Shown: one piece after another, positions 28,081-41,735 of the stretch
Position numbering within the stretch: position 1 is the stretch's first letter
Layout: each line of letters starts with the position of its first letter
NCBI GenBank assembly: GCA_951406725.2
Contig: OX597814.1
Span: forward strand, 35,340,001-35,404,000
DNA length: 64,000 bases
Origin: Octopus vulgaris
Taxonomy: Eukaryota
Direction: 5' to 3'
The notes under the pieces: generated by a model
What the model was told of the DNA's origin: nothing
What the model saw: only the letters and a program-made list of their open reading frames with translations
Database searches by the model: none
Translations under genes and position numbers: made by a program

Positions 28081-28845
28081 GGCGGAGTACGTACACTTTG
28101 GTCTCTTATATGTAAGTATATATTTATCTAAATCTTGTACGATTCTATTCTTTTATTCTTTTATTCTTTCCTTCTTTCTATTATCCCTTTCACGCTTATT
28201 TCGTTCATTCCACTCTTCATTCTTTTGTTCCCCCTCTCTCACATCCTTTGCCTTCTCTTCATGCTCACTTTCCCTCCTCTTTTCACTTTACAGTGTCCCT
28301 GTCATTTTTTCTCGCCTCTCCTTATTTCTTCTGCCTCTCTGCCCCTACCTCTCTCTCTTATCTCCCCACGTGACTGGCGTTCGGTCAAGCCTGATCTTTC
28401 TTTCTTTCTTGGTTCAGCTGTTATCCGTGCAACATCTATATTCTTCCCTGTGCCTGTAAAACCTTGTATCCCTGCCGTAAGGCTTTACTTCCACATTCGC
28501 CAGCTTAATTTAATTCGTCCTTAGTCGAAAGACACCCGTTGTTATGTCTTCTTATTTGTATTTGGGTAACTTTCTCCATTTTTTCTGTCCTTTTCATATA
28601 CATTCACTGGTTACTTTTAAGGAATCTAATGCACTTACCTTAGTTTTTCCTTGGAGCTGGCCAGATTAGAGCAATCTGGAGTATAACCAGCCGAAATTGC
28701 AAAGATAATCTGGAACTCGGCTGAGGAAAGAAAACTCAGAATGACCCGTTCTTGTTTTCTTTGTATCGTCTATCTGGATTTTTTGTTGTCCCTTTCTTGT
28801 ATCACCTAACTGTCTGGATGTTTTGCGTTCTTGTCCTATTTTGCA
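28081..28845 (+). repeat. Non-coding interspersed repeat, copy 2 (longer)
   Basis: 3' ~500 bp homologous to 27591-28066; extra pyrimidine-rich 5' part; (TA)n on both sides. Confidence 0.75.
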
Positions 28846-28858
28846 TATATATATATAC

Positions 28859-28891
<33 letters not shown>

Positions 28892-28893
<2 letters not shown>

Positions 28894-28931
28894 AAGTTTT
28901 AAGGTGCTTCCTTTATTTTGTCCAACCCCTA
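28892..28931 (+). mobile_element. Tc1-like terminal inverted repeat
   Basis: TTATTTTGTCCAACCCCT is the reverse complement of the TIR at 7258; followed by TA. Confidence 0.8.
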
Positions 28932-30019
28932 TACATATATATATAATAGTGTACAAATAACTTACGTATTCATACACAAAATAGGTGACCTTTAACAGGT
29001 CACCTTACACGCTAGAAAGAGCAGTTAAATCACTAAGAAACAGGTATCATCCATACGAAGGACTACTGTGCAAATTCCCTCACAAGATTACAGTAGTAAA
29101 AATTGGCTAAGTGAGAATTATGCTCATAATTAATTCTGGTTTATAGAATTTACTCTTCATTATACTATACAAAACATATGAATCTAATTTAATATTTTAT
29201 CTGACTTATTTAAAATATTAAAGTATTTACATTAACAAAAGTGAAACATCGGCAATCTGGATTCTTTTACTACAAAGTTTTGTCACAATTATATATCTAT
29301 AACAAAGAACATTTATATGTATTTACTCAGATTGTATAGCCTATATCCATACCATTATGTGTTAGGTTAGGAACAAAATATCATTAAATAACATCGTAAA
29401 ATCCTAAAATAAGAGTATTAAATGAACTAGTAATTAAGTGATGATAAAACAGCTTAGCATATGCTTTCCGAGGACTTTCCCTTAAACACAGGAATAATTT
29501 GATTAATAACAAATTTCTTAGCTATATTATCTTCTCCTTCTAATGTTGCTTTCGTATGCGTTTACTATATTTTTCAGCTAAGTAGACTACAATACAGTTA
29601 TTTATCTACAGCAAAACCTCGCCCTCTGTATCTGATAATTAACTGGTTGATAATGTTTCACTCGATTGCAAAATTCTGTGCCAAATACCATTTTTATGTT
29701 CTTTTTCTCAAGAGCTTTACTTTATTCTCACTCCTCTGTTTGATCTTCTTTCGTTAACTTTAGTATATAGACAGTATTAACTTACATACAAATGGGTGTG
29801 TATCATGGCATTATATTTTCAACTAATTATATAAACAAAGAAAAGTGTACGCAATATATGTAGAATAGGCAATATGTGTGTATGTGTATGTTTGCGTGTG
29901 TGTGTATTTATGTAGTCATGTATGTATGTTAGGATGGATGTATTTATGTGAACAAAGAAAAGTATGTAATACTTAGGACATTTGGTTGGTGTTATATGTT
30001 AATAGCTTGACTCAACTCA

Positions 30020-31430
30020 TCCATTTAAATTTTTCTGGCGAGTTAATACTAACGTCAGCCTTCAGGGGAGCATGAACACATTAACAGAAGCAGTCTGTAA
30101 GTGGGAGTAACCAAATTTGATAGTGTTGAGTTACAGCTGAGATTGCATAACCAGCATTGGTGGGTTGCAGTCTATACGAATGATAGGGATTAAATATCCT
30201 GCCCTTATATAGGGTCACCTATGTCTTGGGTGGTATATCCAAGTTGTCAGCTTGACGTTCATTAACAGGGTGTATCTCTAGTGGCAACAATATGAGAATT
30301 CACTCTTCCTGCTGATAGATACAATTCGTTGGTATAATATGTATTGTCTCTTACGAAGACAGAGTTTGAGGAGTTGCGAGTTTAAGGAGATGGCTCAGTC
30401 TATAATGCTCCGTTTGATGCTGGGAAGTCATTCCGATGATCACAGAGTTTCCATATGAAGCGGAAGAGCGAATTGGAGTTTTCCTTATCCCTACACCTGA
30501 AAGATTGCGTGCGCTGTGTATAACTTCCTTTAAAGTTATTGGCTGTCATGCCCGTGTAGTGTCTTGTAGTACCACTGGATGGTGTGTGGATTACTCTGAG
30601 AGTCAAGACTCTCTCAGTTAGCAGAAGGTTGGGTTTCTGCTGTTACAAGTTGGAGTTTGCGCCTATTGCAGCATACAATATTTGAAGCAATATTTTCTAA
30701 ACAGGAGTTGTTGATCATGACAATGCGGAGATGGAAGAGTTTACAATATAGGCTGTATAGAAATGCTTTTTAAACAACATCAAGGAAATTCCAGTTAAGT
30801 TAGTGGAACAGCTAGGTTAAATGGAAGACTGCACTAGATTAATTTTCTTTTTCAAATACTCTTTGGGTTCATGGGTGGGGATGGAGCTTTCTCCATATAT
30901 ACTAACTTATCAGTAAAGCCACTCCTAGTTAATGCCTCGTTATAGTGGGCCACAGATCAACTGAAGATTTCTTTGTCTGCTGGTCGATGAGAGATTCTTC
31001 AGCTGATGCCGTCACAAGATTTCTAATTAAAATTAGAAGGTGGTTGAGGTGATCACGAATATAAACAATCTCTTCATTTGACATTCTGTAACGATTGTAC
31101 TTGCCCATCATCAAGTCAACAGTTACGCCCAAGAAGTCCTTTGTCAAACTGGTGGTAACTGTTATAGTTAAGCTGAGTTTTTTGAAGATCATTATTAGAT
31201 TCTTCCGGAACTTGTCAATAGCTGAGCCGATCATGTAGTTTGAGATTGGCAGACCATCATCATTCTACAGGAACTGTGCAGTGAGGATATGTGCATTTCC
31301 ATAGAGTATCCAGCACAATTAACCCGAAGGGGCCGGCGATCTTAATCCCTTCAAACAAATGATCACCTTCTCCTTTTTTACTAAGTATGAATCATCGTGA
31401 AATAGGTTTGACAATTTAGCGTTTATAATG
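30020..31430 (-). mobile_element. Penelope-like element remnant (RT and GIY-YIG)
   Basis: IDKFRKNLIMIFKKLSLTITV...DFLGVTVDL (PLE RT) and VIH...YTGMTANNFK...SFR...IWKL (GIY-YIG) in ORFs 30929-31234 and 30400-30606. Confidence 0.85.
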
Positions 31431-31442
31431 ATATATATATAT

Positions 31443-32090
31443 ATGGAAACCTATACTCGTGAACAAAGACTCCTTGAACTCAGATCAATATTCACCAAAA
31501 GACATTACCAAATATAATTAATAAATGATGGCATTAAACGAGCTAATGAAATAGATATACGAACATTAAGGGAAGTCAACCGAAATACTACACCAGACTT
31601 TAAAATACTCTCATTTCCACACATAACCCTAGAAACAAAGAAGCCTTCAACATTATCATCCAAAATCTACCCATCCCCACAGGAAATAAAACAATGAACA
31701 AAATTTTTAGGCTCACACAAAATTATCAAAAGTAAAATGCAACGTAAATCATTGAAAAAAATATTAACCAGCGCAAGACTGTATCAATTAACAACAGAAA
31801 GGCGGCGAGCTGGCAGAAACGTTAGCGCGCCGGGCGAAATGCTTAGCAGTATTTCGTCTGCCGTTACGTTCTGAGTTCAAATTCCGCCGAAATCGACTTT
31901 GCCTTTCATCCTTTCAGGGTCGATAAATAAAGCACCATTTTCGAACTGGGGCCGATGTAATCGACTTGATCCCTTTGTCTGTCCTTGTTTGTCCCCTCTA
32001 TGTTTAGCCCCTTGTGGGCAATAAAGAAATATATATCCATTAACAACAGAACCAAAAGTGAAAAAATGTGTGGTCGACCTAACTTCCACA
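31443..32090 (+). mobile_element. Penelope-like fragment (RT thumb/linker) interrupted by a SINE
   Basis: REQRLLELRSIFTKRHY...LINDGIKRA...THNPRN...KSLKKILTSARL...PKVKK, continuing across the SINE. Confidence 0.75.
31800..32033 (+). mobile_element. SINE family A, full length
   Basis: 18-bp TSD TATC(A/C)ATTAACAACAGAA at 31782-31799 and 32034-32051. Confidence 0.92.
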
Positions 32091-33833
32091 ACTCAATATG
32101 AACACAAAACTTAAAAAACTGTATACTCTATCCAGAATCCTCGAGTTCAAATCAACTGCTAACGTTTCACTATCTTTTGTGTTGAATACATTTTATATTG
32201 CTTGGTTTTATTTTTAGACAGGTAATAGGCAATATGTCTTCTAGTAATGACGTTACTGTAATGTTTATCTACGATAGACTAGTAACTAGTCCCGCAGATA
32301 TTTGTTTTTCATCCGGTTTATACCATTAAAACCAAAGCTATGTACTGGCTCTTAAAAGCTATTGTGTTCGTCTAAGGCATTTGCTTTTACATTACATTAA
32401 TGCTGCGAACGTTCCATACACTAGAAGCTGTACATTCAAAGTATTTGTGTAAACGTAATGGAATTGGTATTCAACATGCAGAAATGTTTTCATCTTGAAA
32501 CTCAATTTTAGCTAGATAGCATTGCATGGATTGTATAAAATTAACATGTCTACAAATTTAAAATGTCTGTTGAATTCCTCTGCGATGTCAATCGCTTTGA
32601 ATGATCTGTGTAATTTTGTCTTCTAAGTTAAATGTATTTTTGCATTTATCTAGTCCTGCAAATAGCGACCGTTTAGACATAATAAACTGAAACAAACTAA
32701 AGAATTTAATACTCATGTGTCTTAAACTGCATGTGTGTGCATGTGTGTCCGTGTGTATATTAGAAACAAATGAACATTTACATAATATTTGCGTTCTTAC
32801 GTCAGCGTCAGCGTCGCCGCCACCGCCGTCGTCGTCTTTGTCATCATGATCATTCATAATTACCGCATTTGTGATTTCAAATATCCAGTTGTACATTTTG
32901 AAATTGGTTTCATAGATTTGTCGTGCAGCATATCTCCGTTCATTACTATCCTTTGGCATCTCGTCTGTGAATCCAAATAACTTAAGATCTTCCTACACTA
33001 CTTCATGTCATGTTTCCATTGATCCTCTTCAACGTGTACCTTTCACTGTCAGCATTTGGCATTTTATAACCTAGCACTATTCATCCATTTGCATTTCGTA
33101 TTCATATTAGCGTATGTATACATCAGTGATGCATTTAATCCCAAGCCAGTTTCTCAACTCACTTATCGTCCACCTTTCATGCAAATCAACATTACAGATC
33201 CAATAAATTTACCGGACAATGCTCGTACGCTACCGTCTTAAAAAAAAATACATTACATAATGTGATATAATATACACTATAACTTAAAAGTGATAAGATA
33301 ATCAAAACTGCTAAGTTTTGATCATCGTTATGCTTGTTGGTGCCAAACAATACTAACAAAATAACAATAATACTTACATCTATTTTCCTTTTCAAGAAAC
33401 ATCACAAGAGTCCGCATGTATGCTTCATAGACGATGTTTCATTTTACTTTTCCATCGGATAGTAATTTTTCACCACAAGGAGTAACTCCTCTCTTAAAGT
33501 CTCATTTACCCTTGCTGTCTACAAATACCATAGGGCCAATAAGAAATTGAGCAAAACCTCTCCCTACCTCGGTCTGTTAGGAATGGCAGTCAAATATCAC
33601 ACTCTACTGCTTCAAAACAATCAAAGGATATATTGAATACTGGATAAATCATAACCGAAAAGAATATCTTTGACCATAAGCCTATTAAATCAGAGCCGAC
33701 TTAGGGCTAAAAAAACAATACCTCTAAGGCTAGATAATTTACGTAAATAATAGAATTTATCTCACCGGTTATCGAGCTATGGAAACAATAGTTTATGTAT
33801 AATATATGCGTGTGGGTGTGTGTACGAGTGTGT

Positions 33834-33922
<89 letters not shown>

Positions 33923-34031
33923 AAAGTTATCTCTTACTTGTATCAGTCATTGGGCCGCGGCCATGCTGGAGCATCGTGTTATATATATACACAACATTAA
34001 TATGTATACTTATATATGTATTACGTGTGTA

Positions 34032-34086
<55 letters not shown>

Positions 34087-34134
34087 GTGCCCCAGCATGG
34101 CCACAGTTCGTGAGCTGAAACTAGATAAAATAAA

Positions 34135-34186
<52 letters not shown>

Positions 34187-34211
34187 GTGTGTGTGAATGT
34201 GTGTGTGTTTA

Positions 34212-34287
<76 letters not shown>

Positions 34288-34619
34288 CTCAAATCATGAA
34301 ATGATAGCTAGGAGATCACAAGTTGGGGTGCACGTTGAAAATTTTGACCGGTCACTCCTGAATTAAGGGCCAGGATGTCCTTTTTCAAGAAACGACTGAT
34401 GCTGGATTGAATAACCTCAGTCATCATATAACTGTTATAACGAAAGTAACAAACCCAGGCAAGAGGTGAGAGTGTGTTACATTTCTGGTTATTGTATTCT
34501 CTTATATTAGCGATGCTCAATTAAGCTTAACTCCAAGTAAAAAAAATAGCAAAGAAAGTCATTTGTAAATCTCGTCAAACATTGGAGCTGATCTTTGATC
34601 AACTATATAGCTAACAATT

Positions 34620-34852
34620 AGGGCGGCGAGCTGGCAGAAATGTTAGCACGCCGGGTGAAATGCGTAGCCGTATTTCGTCTGCCGTTACCTTCTGAGTTCA
34701 AATTCCGCCGAGGTCGACTTTGCCTTTCATCCTTTCAGGGTCGATAAATTAAGTACCAGTTACGCACTGGGGTCGATATAATCGACATAATCCATTTGTC
34801 TTCCCTTGTTTGTCCCCTCTGTGTTTAGCCCCTTGTGGGTAGTAAAGAAATA
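34620..34852 (+). mobile_element. SINE family A, full length
   Basis: 16-bp TSD TATATAGCTAACAATT at 34604-34619 and 34853-34868. Confidence 0.93.
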
Positions 34853-34930
34853 TATATAGCTAACAATTGGTATTGCCATGCAATTACGAAATGCAATACA
34901 CTTATTCTAACAGCAAGATACCTTAGGTTT

Positions 34931-35161
34931 AAGGCGGCGACCTGGCAGAAACGTTACCACACCGGGCGAAATGCTTAGCGGCATTTCGTCTGCCGCTACG
35001 TTCTGAGTTCAAATTCTGCCGAGGTCGACTTTGCCTTTCATCCTTTTGGGGTCGATTAAATAAGTACCAGTTAAGAACTGGGTCGATATAATCGACTTAA
35101 TCCGTTTGTCTGTCCTTGTTTGTTCCCTCTGCGTGTAGCCCCTTGTGGGCAGTAAAGAAAT
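34931..35161 (+). mobile_element. SINE family A, full length
   Basis: 16-bp TSD AAGATACCTTAGGTTT at 34915-34930 and 35162-35177. Confidence 0.93.
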
Positions 35162-35669
35162 AAGATACCTTAGGTTTTAGATGAATCACTGACTGCACTT
35201 TATATGCACGTTACCTTCCGATGTCGGGTAATCTTTCTTTTGTTCAACCTTTAAGTCACACAGTCCCCCTACAAACACACGCGCACACACACATACACAC
35301 ACACACTCTCTCTCTCTCTCTCTCTCTCTCTCGTATTCATACTCGTATGCGCACTCATCTATATGTAAATATATGTATGTATATACATTTGATATTTTTG
35401 TATATTCATATCATATATATTCATGTGGGAGACGAATGGTAGAACTAAATATATTCCTTTGGGATAAAACACCCCAAACTCTTAATAAATTGTTGCCATA
35501 TCGCAAGCAAAAGAAACGCTAAAATTTGTCTTTCAGTGAAACCCTCACAATGAGGGTGAAGACAAAAAAAAAACAAATAATTATTCCATTTGTAGCCATC
35601 TAAAATCTTAGAGACCATAACACCTTACGTTCGGCCAAACCGATATCTTGCGAATTCTACATCAATCAT

Positions 35670-36170
35670 TTTACCTCAGAAAAATAATAAAAGAATCACA
35701 AATTATCAACAGCCACTAAATCTCAAAAGACTCTTAACAAAAGCGAGATTCATATGAAAGAAACAAATGATGCAAGTGACAAACTGTGGAGATTCTCGTT
35801 GTGAGTGGTATGAAATAATTAAACAAAGAGCGGCCAAATGATTAAAGAATGAGAAGGAATTGAATGTTAATACAAATGTAAAATGTAAAACAACACATCT
35901 CATTTACTGCATCATTTGCTCACAATGCAGTGGCAATTATATCAGTCAAACAAGATCAAAATTAATACATCGGGTTAGGGATGATAAGCAACGAAACAAA
36001 TATTCATATCTTAGAAGTGTTCCATTTTTGAACACCAAGACATTTGTGCAATTGGAAACTTCAAAATATATTCTCTTTTTCAAAATAACGGAAGAAAATG
36101 ATCAAGAACGAAAGTAAAAAGATTAATACCTTATAAGAATTCTAAATCACTAATTAAACCAGAAATGGTC
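35670..36170 (+). mobile_element. Penelope-like GIY-YIG endonuclease remnant
   Basis: QQPLNLKRLLTKARF then KCKTTHLIYCIICSQCSGNYISQT (LIY...YIG-like). Confidence 0.8.
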
Positions 36171-36449
36171 TACACCAGTATTAAAAACAACTTTCTCTAT
36201 ACGGATTACACCATAAAATGTACGTTTGAAAAGCAATAACAACGAATATACTAAACACTATACTACGAAAACTTCCTTCTGAACGGTTCATGTCATAATG
36301 TTTCTTTAAATAGTTTTTATATTATCAGTAATGTTTAATTTGAGTATTACGAAGATGTACTTGCATAGCAAGTGTCTTGATATGAGATCGCATGTTGAAA
36401 CAAAAACAATTGCAGCTTGGAAGATGTTTACAAACCATTTAAGAATACT

Positions 36450-37210
36450 TACCTCGAGGAATTCGTTCCTAAATTTACTGATTTCACCCAAAGAATTCGT
36501 TGGATAGCCTACCACCATAGCAGAAAGCTTAAACTACTCTCGATAGTAGTACCAATGCCACTGCCAACATCAATACCTACAACAACAATATGGATGATAA
36601 GGAGAATTTTCAGAACTAGGAAAACACCACCGCCAAATAGTCACCTTGAAGCTTTTGAAAATGAACTCTGGTCTTTAATTAAGGACATTAAGTTGAATAA
36701 CCACTCCCTTAGGCACAATAAGTACAAAAGGAAGCTTAAGGATTTGGTTCTTGAGCTAAATTCCAAGAAAGGAATAATAGTACACTCAGACAAACATAAA
36801 ATACCTATAACATGAACATTGTCTCTTACCATAAACTTATTCACCGTGAAATCCTTAAAAAATATAAAGTGGTCCCTAAGAGTACACTCAAAACAATCAA
36901 CGTAGAGGCCAACAAGATTATGTTTGAGTATAATATTGATGACAGGATTGCACCATTTACACCGATTAGACCTCGTATAACTATTAAGGATCAAAAAGAT
37001 AATTATCTACATAACACCCAGGTCAAATTAATATGCCCCAATAAGTCAGACGTAGGTAAGCTTAGCATAGCAATCATGGATAAGAATATACCAACCCTTA
37101 AGAAAAAGATTAAACTGAAGTTATGGACAAACACCCGAAGCGCAATAGAATGGTTCTCTAACATAAGATATAAGGATAAACATAAATGTTTGCAAATTGA
37201 CATTCAAAAG
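36450..37210 (+). mobile_element. Penelope-like RT N-terminal remnant
   Basis: LEAFENELWSLIKDI, VHSDK, ITIKDQKDNY...KLICPNKSDVGKLS, WTNTRSAIEWF...QIDI. Confidence 0.85.
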
Positions 37211-38469
37211 AAATTAACGTAATCTTATTGGTCCGTACATTATCAGCCCTACATATATGTGAACAATATTACTCCAATGTTTGATTTTTCATCCTTTTCA
37301 TTTTATTTTATTATGTTTTATATTTTCGCTACTTTATTGTACTCTATGCCCACCAGTATGTTTTTTTTTTTGCATCTACTTGGAGTTAATATATCTTTGT
37401 TTATAATTTTATTGACTAGATTTAATTAATATTTCTCTCTTATCTTAGGGCATTTGTTTCTGCTTTTTAGGCATACTTGGTAAATTGCTTGATTCAAGGT
37501 AACTTTTCTCATTGTGCCAATCTTCTTGTGGACCCGGCATTGATTTGCCCCTATTAGTACCATTATATTCTTCTAAACTGTTTTATGATAATAGGAACTA
37601 TATACTTTGAAGACTATGTAATGCTTATGAAGCTTACTTAGGACATTGTTGACAACTAGGGAGTTTCGTTATTTGATATTATTTCAGCATGTGACTTTTA
37701 TTTCTGCATTGCAGAGCACCTATGAGAGGAATTTTTCTTGCATACCTGTATGTACCTAATTACTACTACAATTCACTATATACGAGGTTTAGCTCAATTT
37801 CTTTCCCTAGTAGTTTTCATTGAAACACTGAATTACCAGTACTAGTTGCCTCCCCCTAACCACTACCTCGAAGATTCCCAAATTCCTCCCTCATGCATGT
37901 TATAACGTTAAGATGCTGAAGAACATAAACAGCCCCACACTATCTATTCATTGGCTCATCCCCTATCTTTTTTCCTTTTGCCTTTCTTGATTATTTTATA
38001 AACAAATTCTTTTTTAACGGTTTTAACTTTGTGACCTCAGTTCAAATTGTAACTGATCAATTGTAGAGACCGCTGGACTTAGACTTGCCCCATTGTGGAC
38101 CATAGGTGGGACTCTGGGTATTAATTTCTATAAGTAAATTTTTCTTTAGCGCCCCACGATAATTCTCTACTTTTACTTGAGTTTACTCTGTTAGCAATAC
38201 TAATCATATTAGTATTTTCTTTATATATAGTTTCTTGATAACTTCTTTTTTAAAACATCCTGACCCCCCACTTCTAATTGAACCTACCCGTTAATAAATA
38301 GTAGTATTCCCTAGACTATTACTAGCTCACTCTTTTAACTACTGACCCTGTAGCCCCTGTTGGTAAATTATCTGCTCTTAATATATTGGGCTTCTAGACT
38401 ATTTGTCTGAGCCCTGTTTTCTTTTTTCCCCTTCTTCCTTTTATTTTTGTATCGTATGATCTTGTATTT

Positions 38470-38583
38470 CTTTCTGATGAAGATCCATTGCCTTAATTCG
38501 AATGCCCTATGAAAAGGTTTTTTTATATATGTATTCAATTATTGACGGCCTTTAGGCAATCCGATCATTTAACGGCCGTAAGA
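38470..38583 (+). ncRNA. Degenerate hammerhead-like motif downstream of a PLE remnant
   Basis: CTGATGA, long stem II (GATC..ATTGCCT/AGGCAAT..GATC), palindromic ACGGCCGT then AAGA; the GAAA box is damaged. Confidence 0.45.
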
Positions 38584-39350
38584 TATGTTACATCACCTAT
38601 TTTGTTATGTCATGCTTTGTATTAGAAAATAAGCTATAAATGTGGTCCAATCGATGTGTTGGTTAATCTATGGTTTTCTCCATTTTCTAATTATTTGCAT
38701 TATATATATATATAGAGAGAGAGATAGAGAGAGATAGAGAGGGGGTGGAGAGAGAGAGAAATATAGATAGGGCGATGGAGAGAGAGAGGGGGAGGGAGAC
38801 AGAGAGACTTGCAAATATTTAATATACTTGTTAGTATATATTATGGTTGCAAAGCGAAATACATTGTCTTTGCATGCAATTAATATGTACGTACCAGGTA
38901 ACAGGAATCTGTTTAATATGTAAATTGATGCATCCAATTGCATTAAACCGATAAACTTAGTAGGAATTTAGGAAATGAGTTCTTAGATAATCGATGGGTT
39001 GGATGTGGTGCTGATGAAATAGCAATAACTCTTGAAATATGCATACACACTCATTACTTATTTTTATCTATTTTGATCGCATTGTTTTCAAAGTCATATT
39101 CGTATACGAAGCTGGCTCTGAAGTATGCTGGCTCTGAAATTTATAGAAAATCCATTATTCACGTTATCAACTGTCAATACCATGAAAACTATGATAAATT
39201 GCGTATCTTAAATGCGTTTAGGATAGTGTTATATTTTCTGTTCAATATTATCAAGCGGTTAATGTTATCTAAATTGCTTCATTCCGAAATGAACTCGATA
39301 AAAGTCTTCCCCTGATACACGGAAACATATTTAAGTAAGTGTGTGTACAT

Positions 39351-39518
39351 AGGCGCAGGAGTGGCTGTGTGGTAGGTAGGTTACTTACAAACCTCATGGT
39401 TCCGGGTTCAGTCCCACTGCATGGTACCTTGGGCAAGTGTCTTCTACTATAGCCACGGGTCGACCAAAGCCTTGTGAGTGGATTTGGTAGACGGAAACTG
39501 AAAGAAGCCCATCGTATG

Positions 39519-39555
<37 letters not shown>

Positions 39556-39735
39556 CTGTGTTTGTCCCCCCAACATCGCTTGACCGTAAATTGCGGTTTG
39601 GCAAATGAGACCGATAGAATAAGTAGTAGGCTTACAGAGAATATGTCCTAGGGTCTATTTGCTCGACTAAAAGCGGTGCTCCAGCATGGCCTCAGTCAAA
39701 TGACTGAAACGAGTAATAGAATAAAAGAATAAAAT
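39351..39735 (+). mobile_element. SINE family B, full length, with internal microsatellite
   Basis: tRNA-like head TGGCTGTGTGG...GGTTCAGTCCC, CCTTGGGCAAGTG core, internal (TA)n(TG)n, A-rich repeated tail. Confidence 0.9.
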
Positions 39736-41078
39736 GAATGTATCTACGTTTGTGTTGAAAATTATTTTATTTTAATTTTTGTATTCAATATCATATGCTG
39801 GAGTAGATCTTGCACATTGAGAAAAAATATGGTTTTTGCCAATAACAGATACTTTCAAAGATTGCAGTTATTGATTACTTCTTTACCAATTAAGTAATTA
39901 TTTTCTTTCTGTACTTTGTACTTAAGCCTATATATTGCTACTCTGATCTGTTCACTGATCTGTACTAAATCAATGCATTTGTAGTTAACAGCTCAAAGGT
40001 GTTGTGAAGAAAAGCTTTGCAAATAATTATAATGTCGAAAAATATTTTATCAATTAATTAATTAATTGATTGATTAATTAAGAAATGAATGATGACTAAA
40101 ATCAGCGTATATATTTTTTTTCATATTACTGACGCACACTGTCACAAATATACGCACACACTCAAATACATAGACTCATGCACATAATTCCATGAATATA
40201 TTTATACTTACATGCATTACAAACAAGCGTTCATATATAGTTTCTTTATATGCATACATAACTGCATGCATGCGCGCATGCACACACATACATGCATACA
40301 AATGTGTCAATCAGAAATAAGAAACCCGGACATGCTATATTGTAAATTCATTATCAAATAAATGACCAAGATTTATTTCCCATGTATTCCCTATATCTTT
40401 TTAGAGTTTCTATATTCAAAGATATATAAATATATGAATGTATGTCTATGTCTACAATATTACATGTGCATATGTATGAACATGGGTGGATATATATGTA
40501 TGTGTGTGTGTATGTGTGTATAGCTACCTTTACGATTATAGCCCAATTTCTAGTTATTATCTCCCCTTGACTTCAACTTCTCTTATAATATTATTTTTAG
40601 AGTATTTTTCAGAGTATTTTATCTTATTCTTTTATATTTTACCAAATTCCCATAATACTTAGCGTCCGACAGTGGGGGCGGCCATTTGCACTTGAACTTG
40701 CAGAATTAAGCCTTATGCCATAAAGTAATCTACTTTTTAACTTTTTTTTACTTCTTTTATTCACTAAGTTTCTAACGTAAGTAGTTGTATTTACGAATTA
40801 ATCTTTATTCCACACTATTAAATCTCATATGACATAAAATATGTTTTATTATACTAGTATTGACAGGAGTATAATTTACACTAAATTATTAACTTCTATA
40901 ATATTTATTTAGATATATTATAAGATTTGATATGTTTCTAATTTAATCGTTAATAATTTCCTTAGGTAGACCATTTTCAATATATATATATATCTTAATT
41001 GTACTTTAAGCATTTAATATTTTAAAGTATATTTGTAATTTTTATTTTTAATATGATTTTTAACTTTTATATCATAAA

Positions 41079-41281
41079 GCTTAGTTTTTCCCTGGGGCTG
41101 GCCAGATTGGAGCAATCTCGAGTACAACCAGCCGAAATTGCCAAGATAATCTGGAACTCGACTGAGGAAAGAAAACTCTGAATGACTCGTCCTTGTTTTC
41201 TTTATATCGTCTATCTGGTTGTTGTCCCTTTCTTGTATCATCTAACTGTCTGGATTTTTTGCGTTCTAGTCTCATTTTGTA
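41079..41281 (+). repeat. Non-coding interspersed repeat, copy 3 (3' part)
   Basis: Homologous to 28640-28845. Confidence 0.8.
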
Positions 41282-41307
41282 AATATATATATATATATAT
41301 ATGTATT

Positions 41308-41735
41308 GGCGCCGGTGTGGCTGTGTGATAAGAAGTTTGCTTCCCAACCAAAGTTTGTTCTGGGTTCAATTCCACTGCATAGCACATTGAGCAAGTGTGT
41401 CTTCTATAGTCCCGGGCCGACCAAAGCCTTGTGTGTGGATATGGTAGACAGAAACCGAAAGAAGCTCGTCGTATGTATATATACATATACATATTTGTGT
41501 GTGTGTGTGCGCGTGTGTGTGTTCATGTCGGTGTTTGGCCCCCACCACTGCTTGACAACCGCTATTGATGTGTTTTCTTCCCCGTAACACTAGCGGTTCG
41601 GCAAAAGAGATCCAATAGAATAAGTACCAGGCTTAAAAAATACAATTACTGGGATCGATTTTTTCGAGTAAAATACTTCAACGTAGAGCCCCAGCATGGC
41701 CAGTGTAATGACTGAAACAAGTGAAAAAAACATAA
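41308..41735 (+). mobile_element. SINE family B, full length (diverged)
   Basis: Collinear with 39351-39735. Confidence 0.87.

Noticed and set aside
34620-34720. tRNA genes at SINE heads
   Set aside because: A/B-box-like motifs continue into SINE bodies with TSDs, and no complete cloverleaf is evident.
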